From NCBI GenBank assembly GCA_020631955.1, contig JACKGL010000003.1, forward strand, positions 72,059-136,058: 64,000 nucleotides of DNA, in the 5' to 3' direction. Position numbers and translations under genes: made by a program. This DNA comes from Candidatus Nomurabacteria bacterium (lineage in GTDB: Bacteria > Patescibacteriota > Minisyncoccia > Phycocordibacterales > UBA9973). Shown here one piece after another: positions 19,574 to 28,554 of the stretch. The notes beneath the pieces are model-generated. The model saw only the letters and a program-made list of their open reading frames with translations. It was not told the origin of the DNA and ran no database searches. Position 1 is the first letter of the stretch; the number at the start of each line of letters is the position of its first letter.

Positions 19574-19906
19574 TTATCTGCAATTATTACTATAGGAGTA
19601 TCCCCCATATTGTGCCTCTACTCCATTAGTAAAGTATATCCTATTTTTAGGTTCTATTATAGTAGAGTCTGAACAAGATATATCATAGTAGTATTTGCCT
19701 GTTTTAGAGCCAAAAAATAGGTAATTTTCGTACTCAATTCTGTTTTTGGTATCTATGTTTACATATAGGTTTTCGGGTTCATTTTGGGCTATATTTGAAC
19801 CACTTATCTTACTATCTGCAAGTATTAAAATGGCTATAAAAAGCACAAAAATACCAATAAAAATAAGGAATTTTGCCCCTTTGTTCGTTTTCTGACTAAT
19901 ATCCAT
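19574..19906 (-). CDS. Small membrane-anchored protein with a C-terminal Cys-flanked sunset-like domain
   Basis: TM helix FLIFIGIFVLFIAILIL. The tail GKYYYDISCSDSTIIEPKNRIYFTNGVEAQYGGYSYSNNC resembles sunset-type small domains. Start placed at MDISQ (19906) because a TATAAT lies inside the longer ORF. Confidence 0.45.
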   Translation of the reverse strand: MDISQKTNKGAKFLIFIGIFVLFIAILILADSKISGSNIAQNEPENLYVNIDTKNRIEYENYLFFGSKTGKYYYDISCSDSTIIEPKNRIYFTNGVEAQYGGYSYSNNCR

Positions 19907-19915
19907 ACATACTTG

Positions 19916-19921
19916 ATTATA
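19916..19921 (-). promoter_or_regulatory. -10 hexamer TATAAT, 9 nt upstream of the ATG at 19906
   Basis: Read on the minus strand; no TGn. Confidence 0.3.
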
Positions 19922-19980
19922 TAAGTATTTTCTGTTATACTCCAGTCTATACAAAATTTAATTAATTAAGTATTTAATCC

Positions 19981-20253
19981 ATGGCACATAGAAAAGCAGG
20001 AGGGTCAGCGAAAAACCTTACAGATTCAAATCCAAAGTATTTAGGTACAAAGTTATATGACGGACAGAAGGCTATTGCTGGAAACATCATAGTAAGACAA
20101 AGAGGTACAAAAATATTACCAGGCGAAAACGTAGGTCTTGGGAAAGATCACACACTTTACGCTCTGAAAGATGGTGTAGTAAAGTTTAGTTCAAAAAGAA
20201 AAAATAATTTTGACGGAACACAAAAGACTCTCAAAGTAGCAAATATAATATAA
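19981..20253 (+). CDS. rpmA: 50S ribosomal protein L27
   Basis: [13 protein letters not shown]-terminus. 90 aa. Confidence 0.97.
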   Translation: MAHRKAGGSAKNLTDSNPKYLGTKLYDGQKAIAGNIIVRQRGTKILPGENVGLGKDHTLYALKDGVVKFSSKRKNNFDGTQKTLKVANII

Positions 20254-20255
20254 AT

Positions 20256-20283
20256 AAAACCCTTACGAAAGTAAGGGTTTTAT
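20256..20283. terminator. Bidirectional rho-independent terminator (rpmA / prfA)
   Basis: AAAACCCTTAC-gaaa-GTAAGGGTTTT: an 11-bp stem with a GAAA loop and A/T runs on both sides. Confidence 0.8.
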
Positions 20284-21261
20284 TTATTCTGTTATACCAT
20301 TTTCTTTTGCGTATAGTAGTTTATCTATTATGTCTTGGATCTGGCCTTGCATGATACCTTCTATGTTGTGCCAAGATTCTTTTATTCTGTGGTCTGTCAC
20401 TCTATCTTGTGGGAAGTTGTAAGTACGTATTTTTTCTGATCTGTCCCCAGTACCTATCTGGTCTTTTCTCTCCTGACTGTATTTTTTAGCTTCTTCCTCT
20501 TCTTTCATTATTTGTAGCTTAGACAAAAGTATAGTCATAGCTTTTTCTCTGTTGGCTTGCTGACTTCTTTCACTAGTAGATCTTACATCTATTCCTGTAG
20601 GTTTGTGTATTAATCTTACAGCAGTTTCCACTTTGTTGACGTTCTGCCCTCCGGCTCCACCAGACCTAGAATACTCCATTTCTATATCAGATGGATTTAT
20701 TTCTATTTTTATTTTCTTTCTAATAGGCATTATAGCTACAGAGACTGTTGAGGTGTGTATGCGCCCATTTTTTTCTGTTTCAGGTATTCTTTGTACTCTA
20801 TGTACACCTGTTTCAAATCTGAGGTCCTTATACACATCTAAACCTTTTATTTCTATAGCTACTTCTTTATACCCTCCAGCTTCGTTTATAGAAGAAGACA
20901 CTACTCTAGTATTCCAACCCCTACCCTCGCTATATTTTTCGTACATCTTAGCTAGTTCGGCGGCAAACAAAGAAGCTTCATCGCCACCAGCTCCAGCTCT
21001 TATTTCGAGTACAACTTCATTAGGATATTCCTCTTCTTCTTTTTCTTTATCTAATACAGCTCTGATCTCTGTCTCCATTGCTAAAAGAGACTTCTCAAGC
21101 TCCGTCTTCTCTTCCCTAGCCAAGCTTGCTAAGTCAGCATCAACCCCTTCTATAAGAGTATTGTTTTCAACGATTTGATTTTCTATCTTCTCATATTCTT
21201 TGTACAAGAAGGTAGTCCTCTCGTTGTCTTTTATGTAGTCTTTTTCTTCTTGTGTAAACAT
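20284..21261 (-). CDS. prfA: Peptide chain release factor 1
   Basis: GGQ motif ([14 protein letters not shown]). RF1-type tripeptide region [15 protein letters not shown] (P-x-T) and [16 protein letters not shown]. No RF2-type SPF. Confidence 0.9.
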   Translation of the reverse strand: MFTQEEKDYIKDNERTTFLYKEYEKIENQIVENNTLIEGVDADLASLAREEKTELEKSLLAMETEIRAVLDKEKEEEEYPNEVVLEIRAGAGGDEASLFAAELAKMYEKYSEGRGWNTRVVSSSINEAGGYKEVAIEIKGLDVYKDLRFETGVHRVQRIPETEKNGRIHTSTVSVAIMPIRKKIKIEINPSDIEMEYSRSGGAGGQNVNKVETAVRLIHKPTGIDVRSTSERSQQANREKAMTILLSKLQIMKEEEEAKKYSQERKDQIGTGDRSEKIRTYNFPQDRVTDHRIKESWHNIEGIMQGQIQDIIDKLLYAKENGITE

Positions 21262-21291
21262 ATGTAAAAAAGCAAAAAGCCTTAGAGTTAT

Positions 21292-21564
21292 CTAAGACTT
21301 CTTAGTAGATTTTGTTTTCTTTTCAAGCTTCTTCTTGAATCTTTCAACTCTACCTGTGGTATCAAGTAATGTGTCTTGTTTACCTGTGTAAAAAGGATGA
21401 CTTGAAGATGATATTTCTACCTTGAATAGAGGGTATTCTTTCTTGTCTTTATTGTAAACAGCTGTTTCCTCACTTTTCATTGTAGTAGGAGCTAGGTATT
21501 GTACACCAGATCCTGTGTCCACAAACAAAGCCATTTGTTTTTTTATTTCTGTATTTTTTGCCAT
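21292..21564 (-). CDS. rpmE: 50S ribosomal protein L31, type B
   Basis: HPFYTGKQ...GRVERFKKK. No CxxC pair, hence type B. Confidence 0.9.
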   Translation of the reverse strand: MAKNTEIKKQMALFVDTGSGVQYLAPTTMKSEETAVYNKDKKEYPLFKVEISSSSHPFYTGKQDTLLDTTGRVERFKKKLEKKTKSTKKS

Positions 21565-21574
21565 ACTGGGCGTT

Positions 21575-21583
21575 ATATTACCA
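21575..21583 (-). promoter_or_regulatory. Extended -10 element TGgTAATAT, 10 nt upstream of the rpmE ATG
   Basis: Read on the minus strand in the 24-nt gap after the upstream gene. Confidence 0.4.
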
Positions 21584-21588
21584 TATCC

Positions 21589-22932
21589 TTAAAAACTGTG
21601 CAATACATCGATATTTGCCTGGATTTGGGCTGCTTTAGCCATAACTTGGTCTCCATAGAATACATTTGCAGGTATTCTACCTGGAGTACATACAGATCCA
21701 GAATAGTATCTACAAGCTGCATTTCTCTCTGTAGTATATCCACCAGCATCTGCACCCAAGTCTTTAAGATATAAAGAAGATGCCATTATAGCGTGATAAG
21801 GAACCCAAGGACTAGCTACTTTCACACCTACTGAACTAGCCACACGAGACTTCATTATGTCCCATGTAGAAGGTATAAATTGGGCTGGTCCCATACCTCC
21901 TCCGTATCCACCACCAGACCAAGGACATGACACCGGAGTAGTGTAAGGATCTATACCTAGGGCTGAAGTAAGGTTTAGGAAAGGTGTAACATCTCTAGAC
22001 GGCTTCATAACGTTGGCAAAAGGTGTACCTGTGTTTTTACCTACACCAGCTCCTGTAACAGGATCTTTAAGATAACAAGAACCTATGTTTGCTCCCAAGT
22101 TTGACTCTTGTGTCATTATAGCTAGTACAAAAGCGGCTCTTACACCTGTAACTTTTTCAGCTTGTTCTGCATAGTTTAACGCGTCTCCAAAAGGTATAGC
22201 TCCTGCATCACGCAAAGCGAACAAAGCTGTACGTATCTCTGTAGCTCTTTTCTGTCTTTCAGCCAAAACTGTAGCGTATTCTGATTCTTTTGATTTTGAC
22301 ACTGAAAGGAGTTTTTGTTTCTCTTGTTCGTTTGCCTCTACTTTTTGTTTTGCTAGTTCTAGAGCTACTTTAGTATCTACTTCACTATTTTTCTTATCTT
22401 CTAGACTATTTTTTTCTTGTTCGGTTCTTTCTTTTACAGATCTTATTTGATCAAAACTTACTTGCATCTCTTCTTTTATGGTTTCAAATGTATCTAGGTC
22501 TGTGTAAAACTCTGACAAACTTTCATTTGAGAGTAGAAGATGTACTATGTTTGAGTTGTTTATTTCATTTGTTTTTCTTAAAAGTTCTGCTAGAGATTCT
22601 TTTTGTTTTTCTTGTCTTTCTTCAAGATCATCTATTACTCTAATCTTTGTAAATATTTCGTCTCCAAGCTTGGTTATTTGAAGCTGTTTAGCTTTTATAT
22701 CAGCTCTTGCTTGATCTATCTGACTGGTTAGTATATCTATGTCTCTTTTTATAGATCCACTTTGGGCTTTTTGTTGATTTAATTCTATTTGTTTTTGAGC
22801 TATGACAGCCTCAAGCTCTTTTAGTTCTGCTTCTAGCTGAGCTCTTTCATCAGCAGTAAGAGCCTTTGCACTCAATACTGGTACAAGTAAAAATACGCTT
22901 ATTAATAATGTGGCAAAAAATTTATTCTTCAT
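21589..22932 (-). CDS. Secreted coiled-coil protein with a C-terminal lytic transglycosylase (MltB/SLT_2-like) domain
   Basis: Signal peptide, about 230 aa of coiled coil, then AIMTQESNLG (catalytic Glu context) and GPAQFIPSTW. Confidence 0.75.
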   Translation of the reverse strand: MKNKFFATLLISVFLLVPVLSAKALTADERAQLEAELKELEAVIAQKQIELNQQKAQSGSIKRDIDILTSQIDQARADIKAKQLQITKLGDEIFTKIRVIDDLEERQEKQKESLAELLRKTNEINNSNIVHLLLSNESLSEFYTDLDTFETIKEEMQVSFDQIRSVKERTEQEKNSLEDKKNSEVDTKVALELAKQKVEANEQEKQKLLSVSKSKESEYATVLAERQKRATEIRTALFALRDAGAIPFGDALNYAEQAEKVTGVRAAFVLAIMTQESNLGANIGSCYLKDPVTGAGVGKNTGTPFANVMKPSRDVTPFLNLTSALGIDPYTTPVSCPWSGGGYGGGMGPAQFIPSTWDIMKSRVASSVGVKVASPWVPYHAIMASSLYLKDLGADAGGYTTERNAACRYYSGSVCTPGRIPANVFYGDQVMAKAAQIQANIDVLHSF

Positions 22933-23569
22933 TACTATTAGTTTCTTCTACTTCTTCTTTCTTCTCTCCGGTCACTTCTATTTGGTCGAAGTCTATAGGA
23001 GCTGATTCTTCTTCTTTTTCTTCTACTATTTCGTTAATAACGACGAGCACTTCTTCTTTATCTGCCTTGAACTTTAGTTTTGGATAACTTTTTTCAATAT
23101 CTTTTAGATGTATTGCATCCCCTACTTCCTTGAGTCCTGATATATCCACTGCTATGTTGTGAGGTATATCGTTTATCAAAGCCTCCACTTCTAGATCATG
23201 TACTACTTTTACCAATGTGGCTGTCGTTTTTGCATATGAGTGATCACCTACATATTCAACAGGTACATCCACATGCACTGGATGAGTTTCATCTATCAAC
23301 ATAAAGTCAACGTGTATAGGAAGATTTTTTACAGGATCAAACTGTACATCGTGTATAAGTGTAGGGAATTTTTTTGTTTCAGCTGATAACGTAACTTTTT
23401 CTGTTTCTCCACTTATTTTGTAAACCTTCATAAAATCAGCTTGGCTTACAAATATAGGTGTAGGTTCACTTTTGTTACCATAAACTATACCAGGGATAGC
23501 TTTGTATCCATCCAGAAGATTTCTATCTGTTTTTGTGTTTCTAATACTTACTTTTAGGTCTTGTGTCAT
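22922..23569 (-). CDS. rplY: 50S ribosomal protein L25 / general stress protein Ctc
   Basis: Two-domain L25/Ctc pattern (RNTKTDRNLLDGYKAIPGIVYG ...) with an acidic C-terminal tail. Confidence 0.85.
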   Translation of the reverse strand: MTQDLKVSIRNTKTDRNLLDGYKAIPGIVYGNKSEPTPIFVSQADFMKVYKISGETEKVTLSAETKKFPTLIHDVQFDPVKNLPIHVDFMLIDETHPVHVDVPVEYVGDHSYAKTTATLVKVVHDLEVEALINDIPHNIAVDISGLKEVGDAIHLKDIEKSYPKLKFKADKEEVLVVINEIVEEKEEESAPIDFDQIEVTGEKKEEVEETNSNEE

Positions 23570-23587
23570 AATTTTTCTTTTTATCTA

Positions 23588-25252
23588 TTACTTCTCTATT
23601 TTAATATATTTCCGGATAGTTTCAACGTCTCCATCAACTTTTTTACCTGGATTTAGGACATTTTGAGGGTCAAAAATACCCTTAATTTCCTTGAAAATAC
23701 TGATTATTTCAGGAGAATACTGCTTTTTTAGGTATGGGGTGCGTATAATACCATCATTGTGTTCTGCGGTGATAGATCCACCGTAAGATAGGACTAAGTC
23801 ATAGACCTTATCTCCTAACTCTAAAACCACGTCCACATTCTCTTTTTTGTGGAAATCCATGAGAGGTATCACATGGAAATTACCATTTCCAGCGTGTCCA
23901 TGTATGTTATAAACAAGACCATATGAATCTAAAAGAGCCTCTAGCTTTGGTAAGAACTCCGGAAAAACTTCTGGTGGCACTATGACGTCATCTATGAAAG
24001 GAGCAGTTCTTCTTTCTTTCATGTGTTCCCTCAAAAGAGCAAAAGCGTCATGTCTGATAGTCCAATATTTTGCAGCTTTAGCTTTTGTTAGAGCTTCTTT
24101 TTCTGTGAGTTCTTTATAAGCCTTTAAATCATATTCTAGAGAGTCTATTTTTTCTTTTATTTCATTTTTATTATCAGATGTGAAGTTTACTAGCATGACC
24201 AATGTAGGTACTCCACCTTTTATCATCTCTATCATCTCTGGTATAAAAGACAGTCCAAGTTTTGCTGCACCAAACAAACCTTTCTTTTTTATAAATCCAG
24301 TCCAGAATTTGAGAGCTAGCTTTACTGTCTTGTCATCATAAGCTTCTACTGATTCAGGATCATATTTGAGAGCCAAGTTTACTATCTGTCCTAAATGACT
24401 TCTATTTTTGAAAAATACAGCCAACATACCTTCTTCTTTTGGTATATCTACGAGTCTCATTTTGGCTTTTGTGGCCATAGCTAGAGTTCCTTGAGATCCG
24501 ACTATGAGTTTTGTCATATCGAATGTGTTTTTTTCTCTATTTAATACGTTCCATATATAATACCCCGCTGAGTTTTTAGAGACTTTTGGTTTGGCGGATT
24601 TTATTAATTCTTCGTTGTTTTCAATGATGTTTAGTATACCTTTATATATCTTACCCTCTAGATTATCTTGTTCGCCTTTTTGTCTAGCTTCATCTATAGA
24701 TATTTCTTTAAAAGTTGCTGTAGATCCATCAGAAAGTACAGTGTCTAATTCTTCAATAAAGTTTTCTGCTTTCCCATATTTTAGAGTTTTCTCCCCTGCC
24801 CCATTGTTTCCTATTATTCCACCCATAGCACATAAATCTTTAGATGCAGGAAAAGCTGGATACATAAGACCGTATTTATTCATTTCTTTTTCAAAATCAC
24901 GATAATACAATCCTGGTTCGAAATAAACCTCTTTCTTTTCCACGTCTGGCTTCTCTAATTTATTTATATATTTTGTGACGTCTAATATTATAGAATCATT
25001 TAAAGAACCTCCAGCCATACATGTACCAGCAGATCTTATGGTTACAGAATATTTTTTATCACCAGAACCTATATTTTCATTCTCTTTGTTTACGGTTTTG
25101 AGTATTTTCTCTATATCCTCTTTGTTTTTAGGAAATATTACTATTTGAGGTCTCACTTCAAAAAGACTGGCATCTGTAGAGTATTTTTTTAGTGTAGTAT
25201 CGTCTGTGAGTATATCACCTTCAATCTGGTTTTTTAATTCATCTATAAGCAT
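23588..25252 (-). CDS. FAD-linked oxidase (GlcD / D-lactate dehydrogenase-like)
   Basis: PCMH-type FAD-binding N-domain (IRSAGTCMAGGSL) and FAD-oxidase C-domain (GGSITAEHNDGIIR, FDPQNVLNPGKK). Confidence 0.8.
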   Translation of the reverse strand: MLIDELKNQIEGDILTDDTTLKKYSTDASLFEVRPQIVIFPKNKEDIEKILKTVNKENENIGSGDKKYSVTIRSAGTCMAGGSLNDSIILDVTKYINKLEKPDVEKKEVYFEPGLYYRDFEKEMNKYGLMYPAFPASKDLCAMGGIIGNNGAGEKTLKYGKAENFIEELDTVLSDGSTATFKEISIDEARQKGEQDNLEGKIYKGILNIIENNEELIKSAKPKVSKNSAGYYIWNVLNREKNTFDMTKLIVGSQGTLAMATKAKMRLVDIPKEEGMLAVFFKNRSHLGQIVNLALKYDPESVEAYDDKTVKLALKFWTGFIKKKGLFGAAKLGLSFIPEMIEMIKGGVPTLVMLVNFTSDNKNEIKEKIDSLEYDLKAYKELTEKEALTKAKAAKYWTIRHDAFALLREHMKERRTAPFIDDVIVPPEVFPEFLPKLEALLDSYGLVYNIHGHAGNGNFHVIPLMDFHKKENVDVVLELGDKVYDLVLSYGGSITAEHNDGIIRTPYLKKQYSPEIISIFKEIKGIFDPQNVLNPGKKVDGDVETIRKYIKIEK

Positions 25253-25256
25253 ATTT

Positions 25257-26387
25257 TTAGTAGTGTTTACTAGCTAATTTTATAATTTCACTTGCCACTA
25301 TTTGAGCAGCTTTATCATTGTCTATAAAGTTTTTTGCTTCAGTCATTTTTTTGTAAATATCAGGATGGTCTAACATTCTATCTATTTCTGAAATGATAAT
25401 ATTAGGAGATAAGTTTGATTCCTCTATCACGACGGCCTTCCCTGTGCGAGCGTATTCGTAAGCGTTTTGCCTTTGATGATTACCATTTGATTTGGTTATA
25501 GGTATGATTATAGAAGGAATATTCCAGATAGATATCTCAGCAATAGAGTTGGCTCCTGCTCTAGATATAAACACTTTTGTTGCCCCAGCTACCATCTTTA
25601 GTGCTAGGGGTTCTAGATATTCGAAAGCTTTATATCTGTCTTTTTTAGGGTTGTCTGTCAATATAATATTTGACCTTTCTATTACATCTTTGTATTTGTC
25701 TCCAGATCCTGTTTGATGTAATACTTGGTATTTTTCTACGAGTTTTGGGAGTGCTTCTAGTATAGTATCGTTTATAAGCACAGCTCCAGATGAACCACCG
25801 ATCACACTTACCACAGGTACACTTGGGTCCAACTTAAGAAACTCCATCACACCTTCTCCTGCTTTTATTTTTATATCATTTCTTATTGGTTGACCCACTA
25901 GGGCAGTACGTTCTTTTGGGAAATATTTAAAACATGTTGGATAAGCTACTGCTATCCTTTTTGCAAACCTCCCTGCCCATTTAGTGACTTTACCAGGATA
26001 TGTATCAGATTCGTGCACTATGACAGGTATGCGAAGTATTTTTGCAGCAAATGCTGTTGGAAAAGAAGCGTGCCCACCCTTTACAAGTACCACATCTGGA
26101 TAAATAAAAAATAGTTTTATTAAAGTACTAAATACCCCAACAATTGTTACAAAAAAATCTGTGAAATTTAGTATAGAAGAGTAAGCTCGTATTTTACCTG
26201 AGAATACATTTCTGTATTTTATGTTGTTTATAAACATAGCTTCCTGATCTAATACTTTGTCACCAAAATAAAATATATCTAGCTCAAAAAGCTTTTCTTC
26301 TCTTTCAATTTTCCTCAGTTCTTCGGCTATAGCGATAAGTGGGTAAAAATGACCACCAGTACCACCTCCTGCAAGTACTATCTTCAT
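25257..26387 (-). CDS. murG: UDP-GlcNAc:lipid I GlcNAc transferase
   Basis: LAGGGTGGHFYP N-terminus. 376 aa, in a dcw context. Confidence 0.92.
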   Translation of the reverse strand: MKIVLAGGGTGGHFYPLIAIAEELRKIEREEKLFELDIFYFGDKVLDQEAMFINNIKYRNVFSGKIRAYSSILNFTDFFVTIVGVFSTLIKLFFIYPDVVLVKGGHASFPTAFAAKILRIPVIVHESDTYPGKVTKWAGRFAKRIAVAYPTCFKYFPKERTALVGQPIRNDIKIKAGEGVMEFLKLDPSVPVVSVIGGSSGAVLINDTILEALPKLVEKYQVLHQTGSGDKYKDVIERSNIILTDNPKKDRYKAFEYLEPLALKMVAGATKVFISRAGANSIAEISIWNIPSIIIPITKSNGNHQRQNAYEYARTGKAVVIEESNLSPNIIISEIDRMLDHPDIYKKMTEAKNFIDNDKAAQIVASEIIKLASKHY

Positions 26388-26401
26388 ATCCTAAAATTAT
26401 A

Positions 26402-27502
26402 TCACACTTCTATATCTGAGTATTTTGTGATATTCATTATAATTCCTAATAATGCTAGAAAGATCATAAGTGAAGTACCTCCGTGACTCATAAAGACTAA
26501 AGGTACCCCAGTAAGAGGTATGATACCTATACTAGAGCCTATATTCATGAAAGACTGGAAAAATATTAAAGACCCAGCTCCTATAAGCAAATATTTACCA
26601 AAATAATCTTTCGTGAACTGGGCGTTTTTAAATATTCTAAGTGAAAAGAATACATACAGTATAACTATGATAGATGACCCTAAAAAGCCCAATTCTTCGC
26701 CTACAACGGCAAATATAGAGTCTCCTTGAGGTTCTGGTAGGTAGCTGAACTTTTGTAGACTTTGACCCAAACCTCTGCCTAAAAATCCCCCAGAACCCAC
26801 AGCTGTGAGTGATTGTCTCAACTGCCAAGAAGATCCCGTAGGGTCCAAATCTGGATGTAAAAAAGTGGTAAATCTACTCATCACATAAGGTCTTGTCACA
26901 ACAAGTAAAGTCAAAAGAACTCCTAAAATAGCTACTATGATAGTTATGTATTTCCACTTTAGTCCAGCTGACAAATACATGGCTCCTATGGCAGTGATGA
27001 TAAGAACCAAACTTTTTGTATCTGGTTGAGGTATAAGTAGTAATGCACTCAAAAGTATGATTAGTCCTGCAGGGAGTAGACCTTTTTTAGGATCGTTTAC
27101 ATTACCTTTTTGTATAGACATCACACTAGCTGTGAATATGACAACAGCTACTTTATAGAGTTCAGCTGGTTGAAAAGAAAAACCAAAAATACTAAGCCAT
27201 CTAGTGGCTCCGCCATGGGAAAACCCTAGACCTGGTACATATAAAAGAAGTAAAAATATTACACTTATAATAAAAAGGGTTGGAGCAAATTTTTTCCATT
27301 TTGTATAACGTGTGCGAAGTGTGGCTATAAATAAAATACCTCCCCCACCTACACCTAACAGTATTTGACTAGTAAGCACACCTAAAAACTTATCGGTATC
27401 TTTGGATATTATTCCCAAAGAAGCTGATGTAAACATCAATATTCCTATTATGACTATACATAAAGATATATATAGAAGTACTTTATCTACTTTTAAGAAC
27501 AT
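26402..27502 (-). CDS. ftsW: SEDS-family peptidoglycan polymerase FtsW/RodA
   Basis: About 10 TM helices and C-terminal GVPLVFMSHGGTS. One of only two TGA-terminated genes in the window. Confidence 0.9.
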   Translation of the reverse strand: MFLKVDKVLLYISLCIVIIGILMFTSASLGIISKDTDKFLGVLTSQILLGVGGGGILFIATLRTRYTKWKKFAPTLFIISVIFLLLLYVPGLGFSHGGATRWLSIFGFSFQPAELYKVAVVIFTASVMSIQKGNVNDPKKGLLPAGLIILLSALLLIPQPDTKSLVLIITAIGAMYLSAGLKWKYITIIVAILGVLLTLLVVTRPYVMSRFTTFLHPDLDPTGSSWQLRQSLTAVGSGGFLGRGLGQSLQKFSYLPEPQGDSIFAVVGEELGFLGSSIIVILYVFFSLRIFKNAQFTKDYFGKYLLIGAGSLIFFQSFMNIGSSIGIIPLTGVPLVFMSHGGTSLMIFLALLGIIMNITKYSDIEV

Positions 27503-28554
27503 TACATTACTACTGAAAGGACTATTCCTATAATTGCGAAAAATATAGTAAATAACCAGTATCTCATTACGACTTTATATCTACTCCAGCCTTTTGCTTC
27601 GAAATGATGATGTAAAGGTGCAACTTTTAATATTCTTTGGCCAAAAAGTTTTTTACTAGTCCATTGCATTATCACAGATAAAGATGTGATAAATAAAGGA
27701 AAAGCTATTATAGGTAAAAGAAAGACTGTGTCGGTAAGAAAAGATATTGTTGAGAGTAACATAGTAAGACCTATCATACCTGTCTCACCTAGATAAAATC
27801 TTGCAGGTGGTATGTTGAACCATAGGAATACAAATATACTTCCAGCTACGACAGCACAAAGGGTGGCTAGGTCAGGAAGACCTTTTAAAGCTGCTATAAG
27901 AGCATAAGCACTGTATATGATCGCTAAGACTCCTCCAGCTAAACCATCTATACCATCTATAACACTAGAGGAAAATACAGCTGTTGTTATAACTATAAAA
28001 AATGGGATAAACATATAACCCAAAACCAAGTGTCCTACTTTAGGTATATATACATAGTTTATACCAACTATTTTTACTAATATTATCCCAACCACTAAAG
28101 ATATAAGAACTATACTTAAAAGTTTTAGATATCTTAGAAATATAGGGTCCCCTTCGAATTTTCTTGGTAAATATATCTGTATCAAATCATCAAAAAGACC
28201 TATTATTGATCCAAATACAAATATGATAAGTGGTGCTAATGTTTCTGTAAGACTTATAAAGTTTATTTTTGCACCGATTATTGAGTGAGAGTTTTTACTA
28301 AAAAGAAAGAATATAAACGAAGTTATAAGTGTAGTGAGCCATATAATAATACCTCCTACTCTCGGAGTATTGAGCTCTTTTTCATTTGCTAGAGCTTTAA
28401 ACTCAGCGTTGTCTAAAGACTCTGTACGACTTCTTTTTCGCCATAGTTTATGTTTATAGAAAAAGTTTGTATATATGGGAGTCGTAATCATACCTATAAC
28501 AACAGCAACCAAAGCAGGTATTATTACAACAAAAAAGTTTAGATCATAAATCAT
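27502..28554 (-). CDS. mraY: Phospho-N-acetylmuramoyl-pentapeptide transferase
   Basis: DGIDGLAGG motif, polytopic, 350 aa. Confidence 0.93.
   Translation of the reverse strand: MIYDLNFFVVIIPALVAVVIGMITTPIYTNFFYKHKLWRKRSRTESLDNAEFKALANEKELNTPRVGGIIIWLTTLITSFIFFLFSKNSHSIIGAKINFISLTETLAPLIIFVFGSIIGLFDDLIQIYLPRKFEGDPIFLRYLKLLSIVLISLVVGIILVKIVGINYVYIPKVGHLVLGYMFIPFFIVITTAVFSSSVIDGIDGLAGGVLAIIYSAYALIAALKGLPDLATLCAVVAGSIFVFLWFNIPPARFYLGETGMIGLTMLLSTISFLTDTVFLLPIIAFPLFITSLSVIMQWTSKKLFGQRILKVAPLHHHFEAKGWSRYKVVMRYWLFTIFFAIIGIVLSVVM

Noticed and set aside
20603-21178. A 191-aa ORF antisense to prfA. Similar long antisense ORFs occur at 31664-32317 (aspS), 54413-54985 (dnaK), 47901-48440 (atpF), 44757-45236 (atpD), 3770-4270 (obg), 8528-8977 (yceI-like), 38932-39636 (ctp) and 30028-30666 (scpA/B).
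   Set aside because: All lie fully inside well-supported conserved genes on the opposite strand. They are Ser/Phe/Ile/Leu/Pro-rich low-complexity translations of GAA/AAA/GAT/GGA-rich sense codons, and they have no start context. These are classic shadow ORFs.
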